Position numbers and translations under genes: made by a program. Below are positions 49,976-59,786 of a stretch of 64,000 bases of DNA, piece by piece. Each line of letters opens with the position of its first letter. Within the stretch, counting starts at the first letter, position 1. Under the pieces are notes generated by a model. That model was not told where the DNA came from, ran no database searches, and worked only from the letters and a program-made list of their open reading frames with translations. This DNA comes from Chitinophagaceae bacterium (GTDB lineage: Bacteria > Bacteroidota > Bacteroidia > Chitinophagales > Chitinophagaceae), in the NCBI GenBank assembly GCA_031402615.1, contig JANNSN010000015.1, positions 20,738 to 84,737 on the forward strand, read 5' to 3'.

Positions 49976-51067
49976 CTCCGCATTTCGCTGCTTACCTGCA
50001 CACCAGGCAATGAACTGTATTCCACTTTTGGGCATAGCGCTTACCGGGTTGTGGACAGCAACAAAACGGCTAACGATGACTGGCGGGATGTAGTGTATAA
50101 TTATGGCACATTCAATTTTGATGACAATGGCTTTTATTTAAAATTCATAAAGGGGAAATTACTGTACTATGTTTCTGCCGAATACTTTTCTGATTTTAAA
50201 TATTTATACCAGTCAACCAACAGGGGAATAACAGAACAGGTTTTAAATTTAACAGCCGAAGAAAAAATTACCATTCAGCATTTTTTGAATGAAAATCTGC
50301 AGGAAGAAAACAAATATTATAAATACGATTTCTTTTTCGATAACTGCACCACCCGATTAAGGGATATCCTGAAAAAATACAACGACTCCGCATTTACCAA
50401 AACTTATGTAATGCCCAAAGGAAGCAGGTTCAGGCAGGCCATTCACCAGTATCTTGATAAAAACAATAAAGACTGGAGCAAACTGGGGATCGATATTTTA
50501 CTGGGTGCCCGATGCGATGGCATGATGACCACGGAGCAAATGGAATTTTTGCCCGACAACCTGATGAAAAGTTTAGACAGCAGTAAAAACCCCATTGTCC
50601 TTTCGTCACAAGATCTGTATCCGATTGATACGGATCAATCGGGCAAAAACATGTTTACACCTTTTGTGGTTTTTGCGCTTTTACTTTTCAGCATAATTTT
50701 GATCGCCATGGCCAAAAACAAGCTGGCACAGATCTTTTTACAGGGTTTTGACGGATTGTTTTTCTTTCTTATCGGTGTGTTGGGTATTATTTTGGTTTTC
50801 ATGTGGACATCCACCGACCACAGCATGACCAAAGATAATTTCAATTTAATATGGGCATGGCCAACACATGCTGTTATGGCATTTTTTGTAAACAGCAAAA
50901 AAACCTGGGTTAAAAAATACTTTAAATTTACCGCCGTGGCATTGATGGCGGTTTTGATCAGCTGGTTCTTTTTACCGCAACAGTTGAATAATGGTTTATT
51001 GCCCCTTGTATTATTGTTGATTTACCGGAGTGTAAAAAAATCATTGGTCAATAATAACACGAATTAA
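49796..51067 (+). CDS. DUF4105 (Lnb N-terminal periplasmic domain) membrane protein; start codon uncertain
   Basis: 423-aa ORF. DUF4105 core (ISLLTCTPGNELYSTFGHSAYRVVD) plus C-terminal TM helices. The first ~55 codons are made of the repeat cluster. Confidence 0.7.
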   Translation: MKKKIQNFTVFNFEFPLLGKGVGVRLPLPIFGNGRWRVRLLLICTFTILHICTFAQDSSHLRISLLTCTPGNELYSTFGHSAYRVVDSNKTANDDWRDVVYNYGTFNFDDNGFYLKFIKGKLLYYVSAEYFSDFKYLYQSTNRGITEQVLNLTAEEKITIQHFLNENLQEENKYYKYDFFFDNCTTRLRDILKKYNDSAFTKTYVMPKGSRFRQAIHQYLDKNNKDWSKLGIDILLGARCDGMMTTEQMEFLPDNLMKSLDSSKNPIVLSSQDLYPIDTDQSGKNMFTPFVVFALLLFSIILIAMAKNKLAQIFLQGFDGLFFFLIGVLGIILVFMWTSTDHSMTKDNFNLIWAWPTHAVMAFFVNSKKTWVKKYFKFTAVALMAVLISWFFLPQQLNNGLLPLVLLLIYRSVKKSLVNNNTN

Positions 51068-51097
51068 CACGGAACTATTTGTGTAAATTTGAGGTTC

Positions 51098-51916
51098 ATG
51101 GCAGAAAAATACATCACCTATCAATCCAGCAAGATCTTTTACCGCATTAAAGGTAAAGGCAAACCAGTGGTACTTATCCACGGCTTTGGCGAAGATGGCG
51201 ATATCTGGGAAAACCAGGTTACATTTTTACAGGATCATTTTACATTGATCATCCCCGACCTGCCCGGCAGCGGCAAATCTGCATTGATTGAAGACATGAG
51301 CATGGAAGGCATGGCTGAACTAATAAAAGAGATCATGGACATGGAGCTCCAAAACTTCGCCCGCCAACCGGCAGAGGTGGAGGGGGTTGCAGTTGCAGGC
51401 CACAGCATGGGTGGTTATATAACTTTGGCATTTGCAGAAAAATACCCTGATCTGCTGTCGTCTTTTGCACTGGTTCATTCATCGGCGTTTGCCGACGATG
51501 AGGAAAAAAAACAGGGCCGCCTAAAATCAATAGCGTTTGTAAAAAAGAATGGCGCCTTTGAATTTTTAAAAACTGCCATACCCGGTTTATTTACAGAAGC
51601 CTGGGCAGATAAGCATAAAGAAACTGTTGAAGAACTGGTTAATAAAAGCAAGTCATTCAGTGATGAGGCAATCATCCGGTATTACCAGGGTATGATCGGA
51701 CGGCCCGACAGAACGGCTGTTTTAAAAAACTTTCCCGGGCCCATTTTGTTTATCATTGGCGTTCATGATAAAGCTATACCCTTTGAACAAAGTATGCAGC
51801 AATGCCACATACCCGATCAATCTCATGTTCATATTTTACGTACCAGTGCACATATGGGTATGTTGGAAGAGACCGAGAAAACGAATGCAATCCTGTTTAA
51901 TTTTTTACGTGATTAA
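51098..51916 (+). CDS. Alpha/beta-fold hydrolase
   Basis: ATG 51098 (the ORF is open from TTG 51089). Contains VVLIHGFGEDG, the nucleophile elbow GHSMGG, and a C-terminal His region (SAHMGMLE). Confidence 0.85.
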   Translation: MAEKYITYQSSKIFYRIKGKGKPVVLIHGFGEDGDIWENQVTFLQDHFTLIIPDLPGSGKSALIEDMSMEGMAELIKEIMDMELQNFARQPAEVEGVAVAGHSMGGYITLAFAEKYPDLLSSFALVHSSAFADDEEKKQGRLKSIAFVKKNGAFEFLKTAIPGLFTEAWADKHKETVEELVNKSKSFSDEAIIRYYQGMIGRPDRTAVLKNFPGPILFIIGVHDKAIPFEQSMQQCHIPDQSHVHILRTSAHMGMLEETEKTNAILFNFLRD

Positions 51917-52164
51917 ATTGTGGTTTTCAGGACGGGTTTACTATCCAGGTAGAGCGTGTCTGGCGAAAAATCTATTTCATCATCCCAGACGGCAGTTCCC
52001 TGGAAGGATTTTACTTTGCTGCAAAAAGCAGGGTCGTTCAATTTTTCATACACAGGATATTTCAAATAATGTGCGAAGTCAAACTTTTTAAGTTCGTCAT
52101 TAGTAAACTTAATGATCAATTTATAAGGATGTTTATAAGTGACTTTAGTTACTCTGGGGTTCAT
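51913..52164 (-). CDS. DUF2442 domain protein
   Basis: 83 aa. Typical DUF2442 pattern (VTKV......L.I.F.N...K.FD....L....YEKL.D...F..V.....TAVWD.EIDFSPD.LY). Its stop codon overlaps the hydrolase stop in TTAA (51913-51916). Confidence 0.85.
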   Translation of the reverse strand: MNPRVTKVTYKHPYKLIIKFTNDELKKFDFAHYLKYPVYEKLNDPAFCSKVKSFQGTAVWDDEIDFSPDTLYLDSKPVLKTTI

Positions 52165-52171
52165 CAGCTAT

Positions 52172-52437
52172 TTATTTTAAAGGATCAATTTTAAACACTG
52201 TATTTCCGGTAGCTGCCAGTTCCCAATCGGCCATCAGGTCTTATTTATGAATCTCTATCCAGGCCTTTACCAGTTTTTCTTTGTTGCCCGGAATCCTTCC
52301 GGCAATTCGCCATCGGGTATTTGGTATACACCCTCCAATTCACCATCCTTAACGTGTAAGTGTGGCAAGCTATGTTGTTTTGTATCTAAATAATACATTG
52401 CTATTATTAAGCCATAAAACATAGAAATAACGGGCAT
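52172..52437 (-). pseudogene. DUF4160-family gene disrupted by a frameshift and an in-frame TAA
   Basis: The minus-strand translation starts MPVISMFYGLIIAMYYLDTKQHSLPHLHV (DUF4160 hallmark) and stops after 63 codons. The family C-terminus (KLVKAWIEIHK*DLMADWELAATGNTVFKIDPLK) continues in another frame, with the TAA complement at 52241-52243. Confidence 0.8.
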
Positions 52438-52503
52438 AATGGAAAATTACAAAAAGAATCAGGAAGAAAACAGCCTTGAATTATCTAAAATAATAACTTT
52501 AGT

Positions 52504-52627
52504 ACAAAGTATGCAGCAATGCCATTTACCCGATCAATCCCATGTTCCTATTTTACGAACCAGTGCACATATGGGTATGTTGGAACAGACCGATAAAATA
52601 AATCATGCCCTTTCTCCATTAAATTAA
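52504..52627 (+). pseudogene. Displaced duplicate of the 3' end of the alpha/beta hydrolase gene
   Basis: 52504-52603 aligns to 51787-51886 with 91 of 100 positions identical (hand alignment). It encodes QSMQQCHLPDQSHVPILRTSAHMGMLEQTDKIN versus QSMQQCHIPDQSHVHILRTSAHMGMLEETEKTN in the intact gene. Confidence 0.8.
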
Positions 52628-52704
52628 ACCTTTTAACATACTACAATTTAAAAAGGCAGCGTTTTTAACTAATTTTAGGTCTTATCATTGCTTTAAATTA
52701 CAAC

Positions 52705-55317
52705 ATGAAGAGATTTCTTGTTTTCTCATTTTTCATTTTACTGTATTCCCATGTTTTTGCTGCCCATATATCTGGCGGAGAAATGATTTATGAATACCTG
52801 GGACCAGGCAGTACCGCCAACACAAAAAGATACCGGATTACTTTAAAGCTTTTCAGAGACAATACGGGTGGTGGTGCTTCCATGCCCACCTCAGTATTTA
52901 TCGGCCTTTTTAATAACGATAACAATTCACATGTATCTCTGTCGCCATTCGACGTTTCGTTATCAACCACCCTGGCAGTGGCGGTCAGCCCACCGCCGAT
53001 CTGTATGTCGAACCCTCCAACTTTAGACTACAGCATGGGTATTTATACTTTTGTGATAGAACTGGCGAATAATACAAGTGGCTTTACGGCTGCTTATCAA
53101 ACCTGTTGCCGAATTAATCCATTACGAAATGTGGCTACTGTACCTCCACCGGGACAAGGAGAAGGTTCAACATATATTTGTACCATACCCGGTTCAAATT
53201 TACTGCCAGCTGGTGTAAACTCCAGTCCGCAATTCAGAACCCAACTGGCCCCGGTATGCTACCGTACTAATTTTGTTTTTGATTTTAGTGCTACAGATCC
53301 CGATGGTGATTCGTTGGTATATTCTTTTTGCAATGCTTTCGACCGGGGCAATTCTATCAATTCAGGTAATGTAACACCTTCTGCACCCCCTTATCAATCT
53401 GTGATTTACATAAACGGCTATTCCGGGGGGAACCCGTTAGGTAGTGGTGCAATATTAAATACAAGAACCGGCATCATTACCGGCATAGCACCAAACACTG
53501 CCGGAAAATATGTGGTAGGCGTTTGTATAAGTGAATACAGAAACGGCATTTCCATTGGACAGCACCGAAAGGATTTTATTTTAAATGTGAGTGATTGTAA
53601 TGTACCTACCGCTCAATTGGACCCACAGGGTTACCGAAATTGTGATGATAAAACTTTTACTTTTCTTAACCTGGCACCCCCCGACAATATTCAAAGTTAT
53701 TTCTGGGATTTTGGAAATGGTTTTACTTCCACATTAGCTTCACCAACCTATACGTATCCTGATACCGGTGTGTATGTACTTAAACTGGTTGTAAACAGGG
53801 GCTTACCCTGTACCGATTCGGCAACTGCGTTTGTAAGGGTTTTTCCAGGCTTCAGGCCCGATTTTGACTGGAGTGGCCAATGCCGGAACATTCCCATCCA
53901 ATTTAACGATATCACTACCGCAGATTATGGTATCATCAACAAATGGAAATGGGATTTTGGAGATTTTGGATCTGCCGGTAATATGTCAATCCTGCAGAAT
54001 CCGACTCATCTGTTTAATGCCACGGGCGCCTACAATATTTCGTTTATTGTTGAGAGCAGCAAGGGCTGTATTGATACGGTGTTGAAAACGATCGACATAC
54101 TTGATGGGCCGCCCTTGTCTATATCAAACGATACCCTGATTTGTATCATTGATACTCTGCAGTTAAATGCAGTGGGTACCGGCACATTCCAATGGAGTCC
54201 CAATTACATGATCAACAATGTAAACATCGCCAATCCATTGGTGAGCCCGGATGTAACTACAACCTATACAGTTAGACTTACCGACGCATTTGGTTGCAGC
54301 GCCGATTCTACCATTACCGTAAATGTAAAACCATTCGTTACCCAGTTTGGCGGGCCCGACACAATGATATGCCGAACCGATTCTGTTTTATTACAACTCA
54401 CCAGTGATGCCCTCAGTTTTCAGTGGACAGAAACACCGGTGGGAAATACGATCAGTGATCCTACGATAAAAAATCCAAAAGCGTCACCTTTGGTCACAAC
54501 TATTTATCATGTAGTGGGTAGAATTGGAAATTGTATAGCCGAAGATGATATCACCATCACACCGATCCAATACCCGGTGGCCAATGCCGGGCCCGATCAA
54601 ACGATCTGTCTTGGCCAGTCGGCGCAGCTGAATGCATCGGGAGGCAGTAGTTATTCCTGGAGCCCCGCTGCTTTTTTAACGGCCACCAATATCCCCAATC
54701 CGCGGTCGGTAAGCCCATCGGATAATGTGCGCTATATCGTTACCGTAAGAGATGTGTTGGGTTGCCCCAAACCGGCAAAAGATACCATGATACTGAACGT
54801 GGCCAAAATTAAAGCCGATGCCGGGCCAAGAGATACATCGGTTGTCCTGGGTCAGCCCCTTCAATTAAACGCTTCGGGCAGTACCAATTATAGCTGGATG
54901 CCGACTACATGGCTCGATAATCCATCGATCAACAACCCGATTGCATTTCCTCAAAATGATATTGAATACATGGTAAGGGTAAGTAATAATTTTGGATGCT
55001 TTGATCTGGACAGTATAAGGGTACGCGTTTTTAAAATTAAGGCCGATATCCTGGTACCCAATGCCTTTACACCAAATGGCGATGGCATCAATAATATTTT
55101 CAGGCCCATACCCATCGGTATGAAATCGGTTGATATTTTCAGGGTGTATAACCGGTGGGGGCAAATGCTTTACTCCGGAACCGGCAATGGCAGCGGCTGG
55201 GATGGCAAATTTGCCGGCAGGCCACAGGAAGCTGCTACGTATGTTTGGTATACCGAAGGGATTGATTACCTGAACAATACCATAAAAAAGAAAGGAACCG
55301 TTATACTGATCAGATAA
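52705..55317 (+). CDS. Large cell-surface protein with PKD-like/Ig-like repeats and a T9SS type-B C-terminal sorting domain
   Basis: 870 aa. Signal peptide. PKD-type module (FWDFGNG.TS....PTYTYPDTGVY). Repeated SP..L....I.NP..SP...T.Y.V modules. CTD (VPNAFTPNGDGINNIFRP...VYNRWGQMLY...GWDGKF.G......TYVW...GTVILIR). Confidence 0.85.
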   Translation: MKRFLVFSFFILLYSHVFAAHISGGEMIYEYLGPGSTANTKRYRITLKLFRDNTGGGASMPTSVFIGLFNNDNNSHVSLSPFDVSLSTTLAVAVSPPPICMSNPPTLDYSMGIYTFVIELANNTSGFTAAYQTCCRINPLRNVATVPPPGQGEGSTYICTIPGSNLLPAGVNSSPQFRTQLAPVCYRTNFVFDFSATDPDGDSLVYSFCNAFDRGNSINSGNVTPSAPPYQSVIYINGYSGGNPLGSGAILNTRTGIITGIAPNTAGKYVVGVCISEYRNGISIGQHRKDFILNVSDCNVPTAQLDPQGYRNCDDKTFTFLNLAPPDNIQSYFWDFGNGFTSTLASPTYTYPDTGVYVLKLVVNRGLPCTDSATAFVRVFPGFRPDFDWSGQCRNIPIQFNDITTADYGIINKWKWDFGDFGSAGNMSILQNPTHLFNATGAYNISFIVESSKGCIDTVLKTIDILDGPPLSISNDTLICIIDTLQLNAVGTGTFQWSPNYMINNVNIANPLVSPDVTTTYTVRLTDAFGCSADSTITVNVKPFVTQFGGPDTMICRTDSVLLQLTSDALSFQWTETPVGNTISDPTIKNPKASPLVTTIYHVVGRIGNCIAEDDITITPIQYPVANAGPDQTICLGQSAQLNASGGSSYSWSPAAFLTATNIPNPRSVSPSDNVRYIVTVRDVLGCPKPAKDTMILNVAKIKADAGPRDTSVVLGQPLQLNASGSTNYSWMPTTWLDNPSINNPIAFPQNDIEYMVRVSNNFGCFDLDSIRVRVFKIKADILVPNAFTPNGDGINNIFRPIPIGMKSVDIFRVYNRWGQMLYSGTGNGSGWDGKFAGRPQEAATYVWYTEGIDYLNNTIKKKGTVILIR

Positions 55318-55342
55318 TAAAGCCTTATATGTACTTAAGATT

Positions 55343-55377
55343 AATCGCCGTCTTCTTTGCCATGACGGCGATTTTTG
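55343..55377 (+). terminator. rho-independent terminator
   Basis: AATCGCCGTC-loop-GACGGCGATT hairpin followed by TTTT. Confidence 0.75.
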
Positions 55378-55411
55378 TTAGTTTTAAGCCTTGCAAATAC
55401 TAAACTTTCTG

Positions 55412-58400
55412 ATGAAGAAATATTTACTACTGATTATTCTATCCGTTGTATGCCTACAGGATACCTACGCAAATCATACAAAGGGTGGCTGGATGTATTA
55501 TGAATACCTGGGACCCGGCACTTTAGATCCGTCAAAACTGATGTACAGAATTGGTGTAAACCTCTACATAGAATGTAATTCAACATTGATTGATCCCACC
55601 TGGAATTTTACTTTTTTTGACGGAAGGTCTCCCTATAATTTCATTCAAAATATTACTGTTTCGGCGGCTACTCCCTATTCTATCAGTGGCTGTGTGTTAC
55701 AGGCTTGTTACCCTTGTATCAATAATATACCCGAACGTTGTTACCAGATCATAAATTATGAAACGATCGTGGAATTGGCTCCTTCAACAAATGGTTATAT
55801 TATTTCCAAAGAGAGATGTTGCAGGGTAACCGGAATTACCAACATACAGCCTAATTCCAATGCTTACGGTGCTACATTTACAATTAAAATACCTGGCTCG
55901 GCCGACGGACCAACTGCACCTATGAATTCGAGCCCGTTTTTTATTTTTAAAGATACTGCAGTTGTTTGTGGCGATAATCCATTCGTGCTGGATTTTAAAG
56001 CTGTGGACTCTGATGGAGATTCACTGGCGTATCGTTTTGTTGAAGCGTATACCGGTGGCTCGTCGGGTAATGCCAATCCGGGAACTGCCACTAACCCTCC
56101 TTACAGTACCGTTCCTTATTTACCTCCTTATTCGGGTGTAAGGCCTTTAGGCACTTCAGTTACTATTGATCCGGTATCAGGACGAATCAGCGGCATTGCA
56201 CCGCCCAATGGTGAATATGTAATATGTGTACTTGTGTCAGAATTTAGAAACGGCCTTTATTTAGGCGAAAGCAGGAAAGAGCTTCATTTAAAAACAACAC
56301 CTTGTACTCCACTCGTAGCCAGTCCTAATTTTAATGTGCTTACCTGCGATGGATTTACGATAACATTAACTCAAAATACACCTGGTAACCCAACTTCTTA
56401 CTTTTGGGATTTTGACGATCCGGCAAGCGGGCCCTTAAACACTTCCACGCTGCCAAATCCTACGCACACTTTTACGGATACCGGTGTTTACAATATCAAA
56501 CTAAAGGTTGCTGTAGGTGTTTCCTGTGTCGATTCAGTAATCAGACCATTGGGGGTTTACCCCCGATATTTTCCAGGGTTTTTATCGGCTCCGCATTGTG
56601 TAAACACACCGGTTCAATTTACGGATACTACTTATTTCCAGTATGGAAGTATATCGGCCTGGAGATGGGATTTTGGGGACGGGACAACGCTCGGCGATAC
56701 GAGTCATGTACGAAACCCGGTTTATAATTATGCTGCTGCGGGTTCGTATACCGTAGAATTAAAAGTAACAAACAACAAAGGCTGTGTAAGCATTTATACA
56801 AAAACAATAACCATTAGTGATACCCCGATCGTTACTTTATTAAGCGCCGATTCCAGTTATTGCGGGCTCGATAGCTTACAATTAGGCGCTTCCGGTACCG
56901 GAACATTTTACTGGACACCTGCCACTAACATAAACGGTGCCAATACAGCAACACCAACCGTTTTTCCAACGGTACCAACCCGCTATAAAGTTACCTTAAC
57001 GAATGCTTCCGGCTGTTCTAAAAGCGATTCTTTATTAGTTACACCCCAATTTGATCTTAGTAATTCCATCACAGCCAGTGCCATCAATATTTGTGAAGAA
57101 GATACCCTGCAGTTTACGGGTAACACCAATAAAACCAATAACCTCAGCTGGCAATGGTCGCCGGCAGCGGGTATACAAAACCCTGCACAGCAAACAACCA
57201 GTGCCTATCCATCGGTTACAACCAACTATACGTTAACAACCAGGTGGGGTGCACATTGTGTGGCTACTGCCAGTCAGAATATAATTGTTAAGGCTTTGGC
57301 CATTCCTTTTGCCGGGCCCGATTCGGCGCTTTGCAACGGTCAGGCGTCTATACAACTGAATGCCAGTGGCGGTGATACTTATCAATGGACACCTCCTGCA
57401 GGTTTAAGCGATCCAAATATTCGTAACCCCATGGCTTCGCCAACAGCTACCACCACTTATGTAGTTGCCGTTGGCGTAACAGGATGCAGTAAAACAAGGG
57501 TCGACAGCCTGGTGCTAAATGTACGTACGTTGCCGGCCATCAAAACAACCGTGGATACATTGATCTGCATCAGTGATACCTTACAATTGAACACAACCGG
57601 CACAGGCAATTTTGTATGGACGCCCAATTACATGATCAGCAATATTAATATTCCTGATCCGTTGGTTAGCCCGGATGTGCCGACAAGATATTTTGTTCGG
57701 TTAACAGATAGTTTTGGTTGTTTCCAGAACGATTCCATCTTTGTTGATGTTACCAATGTGGTAACGGTTTATGCCGGTGCAGATACTACCATTTGCCTGG
57801 GCGATGCCATGGTTTTAAATCCGGTTAGCAAGGGCTTATATTACCAATGGACGCCCGCTACCTATCTGGATTTTGACAATATTAAAAACCCCGTTGCCAC
57901 GCCATTAATCACCACTACTTACCATGTGGTAGCCAGTACCGGAACCTGTGTGGGTGATGATTATATCACCATAACGCCTGTCGCTTATCCTACACCCAAT
58001 GCCGGTGCCGATATTTCTATTTGTTCGGGCGGGTCTACACAGTTAAATGCGGGTGGCGGTAGTAGTTATGTATGGAGCCCGGCAACCTATTTAAATAACA
58101 GGTTTTTAGCCAACCCAACGGTTACCAGGCCTGCAGCCAATGTGGAATATATTGTTACGGTAAGAGATACGCTGGGTTGCCCTAAGCCGGTAAAAGATAC
58201 CGTTTGGGTTTATGTGGCCAGGCCGGTTATTGCCGATGCGGGGCCAAGAGATACTACGGTGGTTTTGGGCCAGCCGTTATACCTGTTTGCAACTGGTGGC
58301 GACAGCTATACCTGGAGCCAGTCTACCTGGCTAAACAACCCGACCATACAGGACCCTATTGCTTTGCCGCAGGATAATATCACCTATTTTGTAACCGCCA

Positions 58401-58735
58401 GAACCACGCAGGGTTGTATTGGTACCGATTTTATCCATGTCAAATTGTATAATATGGATCCCGACCTGTATGTGCCAACGGCATTTACACCCAATGGCGA
58501 TCTCCTTAATAGTGTTCTTAAACCCATTTTGCTGGGTATGCGTGAGCTGCACTATTTCAGGGTGTATAACCGTAGCGGCCAGTTAATTTATTCCACCACG
58601 GCAAAAGATACCGGTTGGGATGGTACTTTTAAAGGCAGGGGCCAGGACCCAGGAACCTATGTATGGATGGCCGAAGGTATTAATTACCTGGGCGAATTAA
58701 GACAGAAAAAAGGAACAAGTATTTTGATTCGATAA
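55412..58735 (+). CDS. Paralogous larger cell-surface protein with a T9SS type-B C-terminal sorting domain
   Basis: ATG 55412 (MKKYLLLIILSVV). Same N-terminal domain as the preceding gene (GGWMYYEYLGPG versus GGEMIYEYLGPG), the same ADAGPRDT.VVLGQPL module and the same CTD (VPTAFTPNGD...VYNRSGQLIY...GWDGTFKG...GTYVW...GTSILIR). 1107 aa. Confidence 0.85.
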   Translation: MKKYLLLIILSVVCLQDTYANHTKGGWMYYEYLGPGTLDPSKLMYRIGVNLYIECNSTLIDPTWNFTFFDGRSPYNFIQNITVSAATPYSISGCVLQACYPCINNIPERCYQIINYETIVELAPSTNGYIISKERCCRVTGITNIQPNSNAYGATFTIKIPGSADGPTAPMNSSPFFIFKDTAVVCGDNPFVLDFKAVDSDGDSLAYRFVEAYTGGSSGNANPGTATNPPYSTVPYLPPYSGVRPLGTSVTIDPVSGRISGIAPPNGEYVICVLVSEFRNGLYLGESRKELHLKTTPCTPLVASPNFNVLTCDGFTITLTQNTPGNPTSYFWDFDDPASGPLNTSTLPNPTHTFTDTGVYNIKLKVAVGVSCVDSVIRPLGVYPRYFPGFLSAPHCVNTPVQFTDTTYFQYGSISAWRWDFGDGTTLGDTSHVRNPVYNYAAAGSYTVELKVTNNKGCVSIYTKTITISDTPIVTLLSADSSYCGLDSLQLGASGTGTFYWTPATNINGANTATPTVFPTVPTRYKVTLTNASGCSKSDSLLVTPQFDLSNSITASAINICEEDTLQFTGNTNKTNNLSWQWSPAAGIQNPAQQTTSAYPSVTTNYTLTTRWGAHCVATASQNIIVKALAIPFAGPDSALCNGQASIQLNASGGDTYQWTPPAGLSDPNIRNPMASPTATTTYVVAVGVTGCSKTRVDSLVLNVRTLPAIKTTVDTLICISDTLQLNTTGTGNFVWTPNYMISNINIPDPLVSPDVPTRYFVRLTDSFGCFQNDSIFVDVTNVVTVYAGADTTICLGDAMVLNPVSKGLYYQWTPATYLDFDNIKNPVATPLITTTYHVVASTGTCVGDDYITITPVAYPTPNAGADISICSGGSTQLNAGGGSSYVWSPATYLNNRFLANPTVTRPAANVEYIVTVRDTLGCPKPVKDTVWVYVARPVIADAGPRDTTVVLGQPLYLFATGGDSYTWSQSTWLNNPTIQDPIALPQDNITYFVTARTTQGCIGTDFIHVKLYNMDPDLYVPTAFTPNGDLLNSVLKPILLGMRELHYFRVYNRSGQLIYSTTAKDTGWDGTFKGRGQDPGTYVWMAEGINYLGELRQKKGTSILIR

Positions 58736-58767
58736 TAGAAATCCCACCGGTTTCAAAGAAACAGCAG

Positions 58768-58800
58768 CGGCACAAAGTTGATCTACTTTGTGCCGTTTTG
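58768..58800 (+). terminator. rho-independent terminator
   Basis: CGGCACAAAGT-loop-ACTTTGTGCCG hairpin followed by TTTT. Confidence 0.8.
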
Positions 58801-58859
58801 TGTAAAAACTCTGCGCAACTTTGCAGCAATATTTCGGCGCCTTCCTTTATTTTGCAGTT

Positions 58860-59621
58860 ATGAACAAGATCGTAATAATTACAGGGGCAACTTCCGGGAT
58901 CGGAAAAGCCTGCGCCATAAAATTTGCAGCTGCTAAATTTGATGTGATCATTACCGGGCGCAGAAACGACAGACTTCAACAACTTAAGCTTCAACTTGAA
59001 AATGACCATGGCATCCTCGTGCTCCCCTTGTGTTTTGATGTTCGGGACCGGCAGGCTGTAGCCGTGGCATTTGCCGGTATACCGGAGCCATGGCATAAAA
59101 TTGATATCCTTATTAATAATGCAGGACTGGCTCTTGGTCGCGACAGTTTTGAAGATGCTGACATGAACGATTGGGAAACCATGCTGAACACCAATGTACA
59201 TGGCCTGCTATATGTAAGCAGGGCAGTGCTGCCCTTTATGCTGGCACAACAAAAAGGGCATATAGTAAATATGGGCTCGGTTGCCGGTAAGGAGGTATAC
59301 GAAAAAGGGAATGTGTATTGTGCCAGCAAATTCGCCGTTGATGCCATCACCAAATCCATGCGGATCGACCTCCTGAAAAATAATATTAAAGTTACCGGTA
59401 TTCATCCCGGGGCAGTTGAAACTGAATTTTCGCTGGTACGATTTAAGGGAGATGATAACACGGCAAAATCGGCCTATGATGGATTAACCCCTTTAACTGC
59501 AGAAGATATTGCCGATACGGTTTATTACTGCGTAAATTTACCCGACCACGTTTGTATTAACGACCTGGTAATTACCTGTACACAGCAGGCGGGCACGTAT
59601 TATTTTGATAGAAAACCGTAA
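58860..59621 (+). CDS. SDR-family NADP-dependent oxidoreductase (YdfG-like)
   Basis: ATG 58860 (MNKIVIITGATSGIGKA). Contains NNAG and the catalytic Y..ASK (YCASK). Confidence 0.9.
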   Translation: MNKIVIITGATSGIGKACAIKFAAAKFDVIITGRRNDRLQQLKLQLENDHGILVLPLCFDVRDRQAVAVAFAGIPEPWHKIDILINNAGLALGRDSFEDADMNDWETMLNTNVHGLLYVSRAVLPFMLAQQKGHIVNMGSVAGKEVYEKGNVYCASKFAVDAITKSMRIDLLKNNIKVTGIHPGAVETEFSLVRFKGDDNTAKSAYDGLTPLTAEDIADTVYYCVNLPDHVCINDLVITCTQQAGTYYFDRKP

Positions 59622-59786
59622 AAACCACCGCTACAGATTAAATGTTCCGCATTTTTAAATAAAGTACAATAATTGAATAAGCAACACGTTATCAATTGTT
59701 ATAACAAGGTATAACCCGTGTATTTCGTGGTAAACCGGTTAAGTTGCAGAATACCAGAATTACCCATATCCTCTAGATCAATTAAA

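Noticed and set aside
49721-50035. Minus-strand ORFs (104 aa and 71 aa) across the guaB-DUF4105 gap
   Set aside because: They are translated from GC-rich intergenic repeat motifs (PLRGGGG, PTPFPRRG) that are known to produce spurious ORFs, and they overlap the plus-strand DUF4105 5' region.
52439-52627. 62-aa ORF from the track as a real gene
   Set aside because: Its C-terminal half is the displaced duplicate of the alpha/beta hydrolase 3' end, and its N-terminal half is novel junction sequence. It is treated as a gene fragment (pseudogene).
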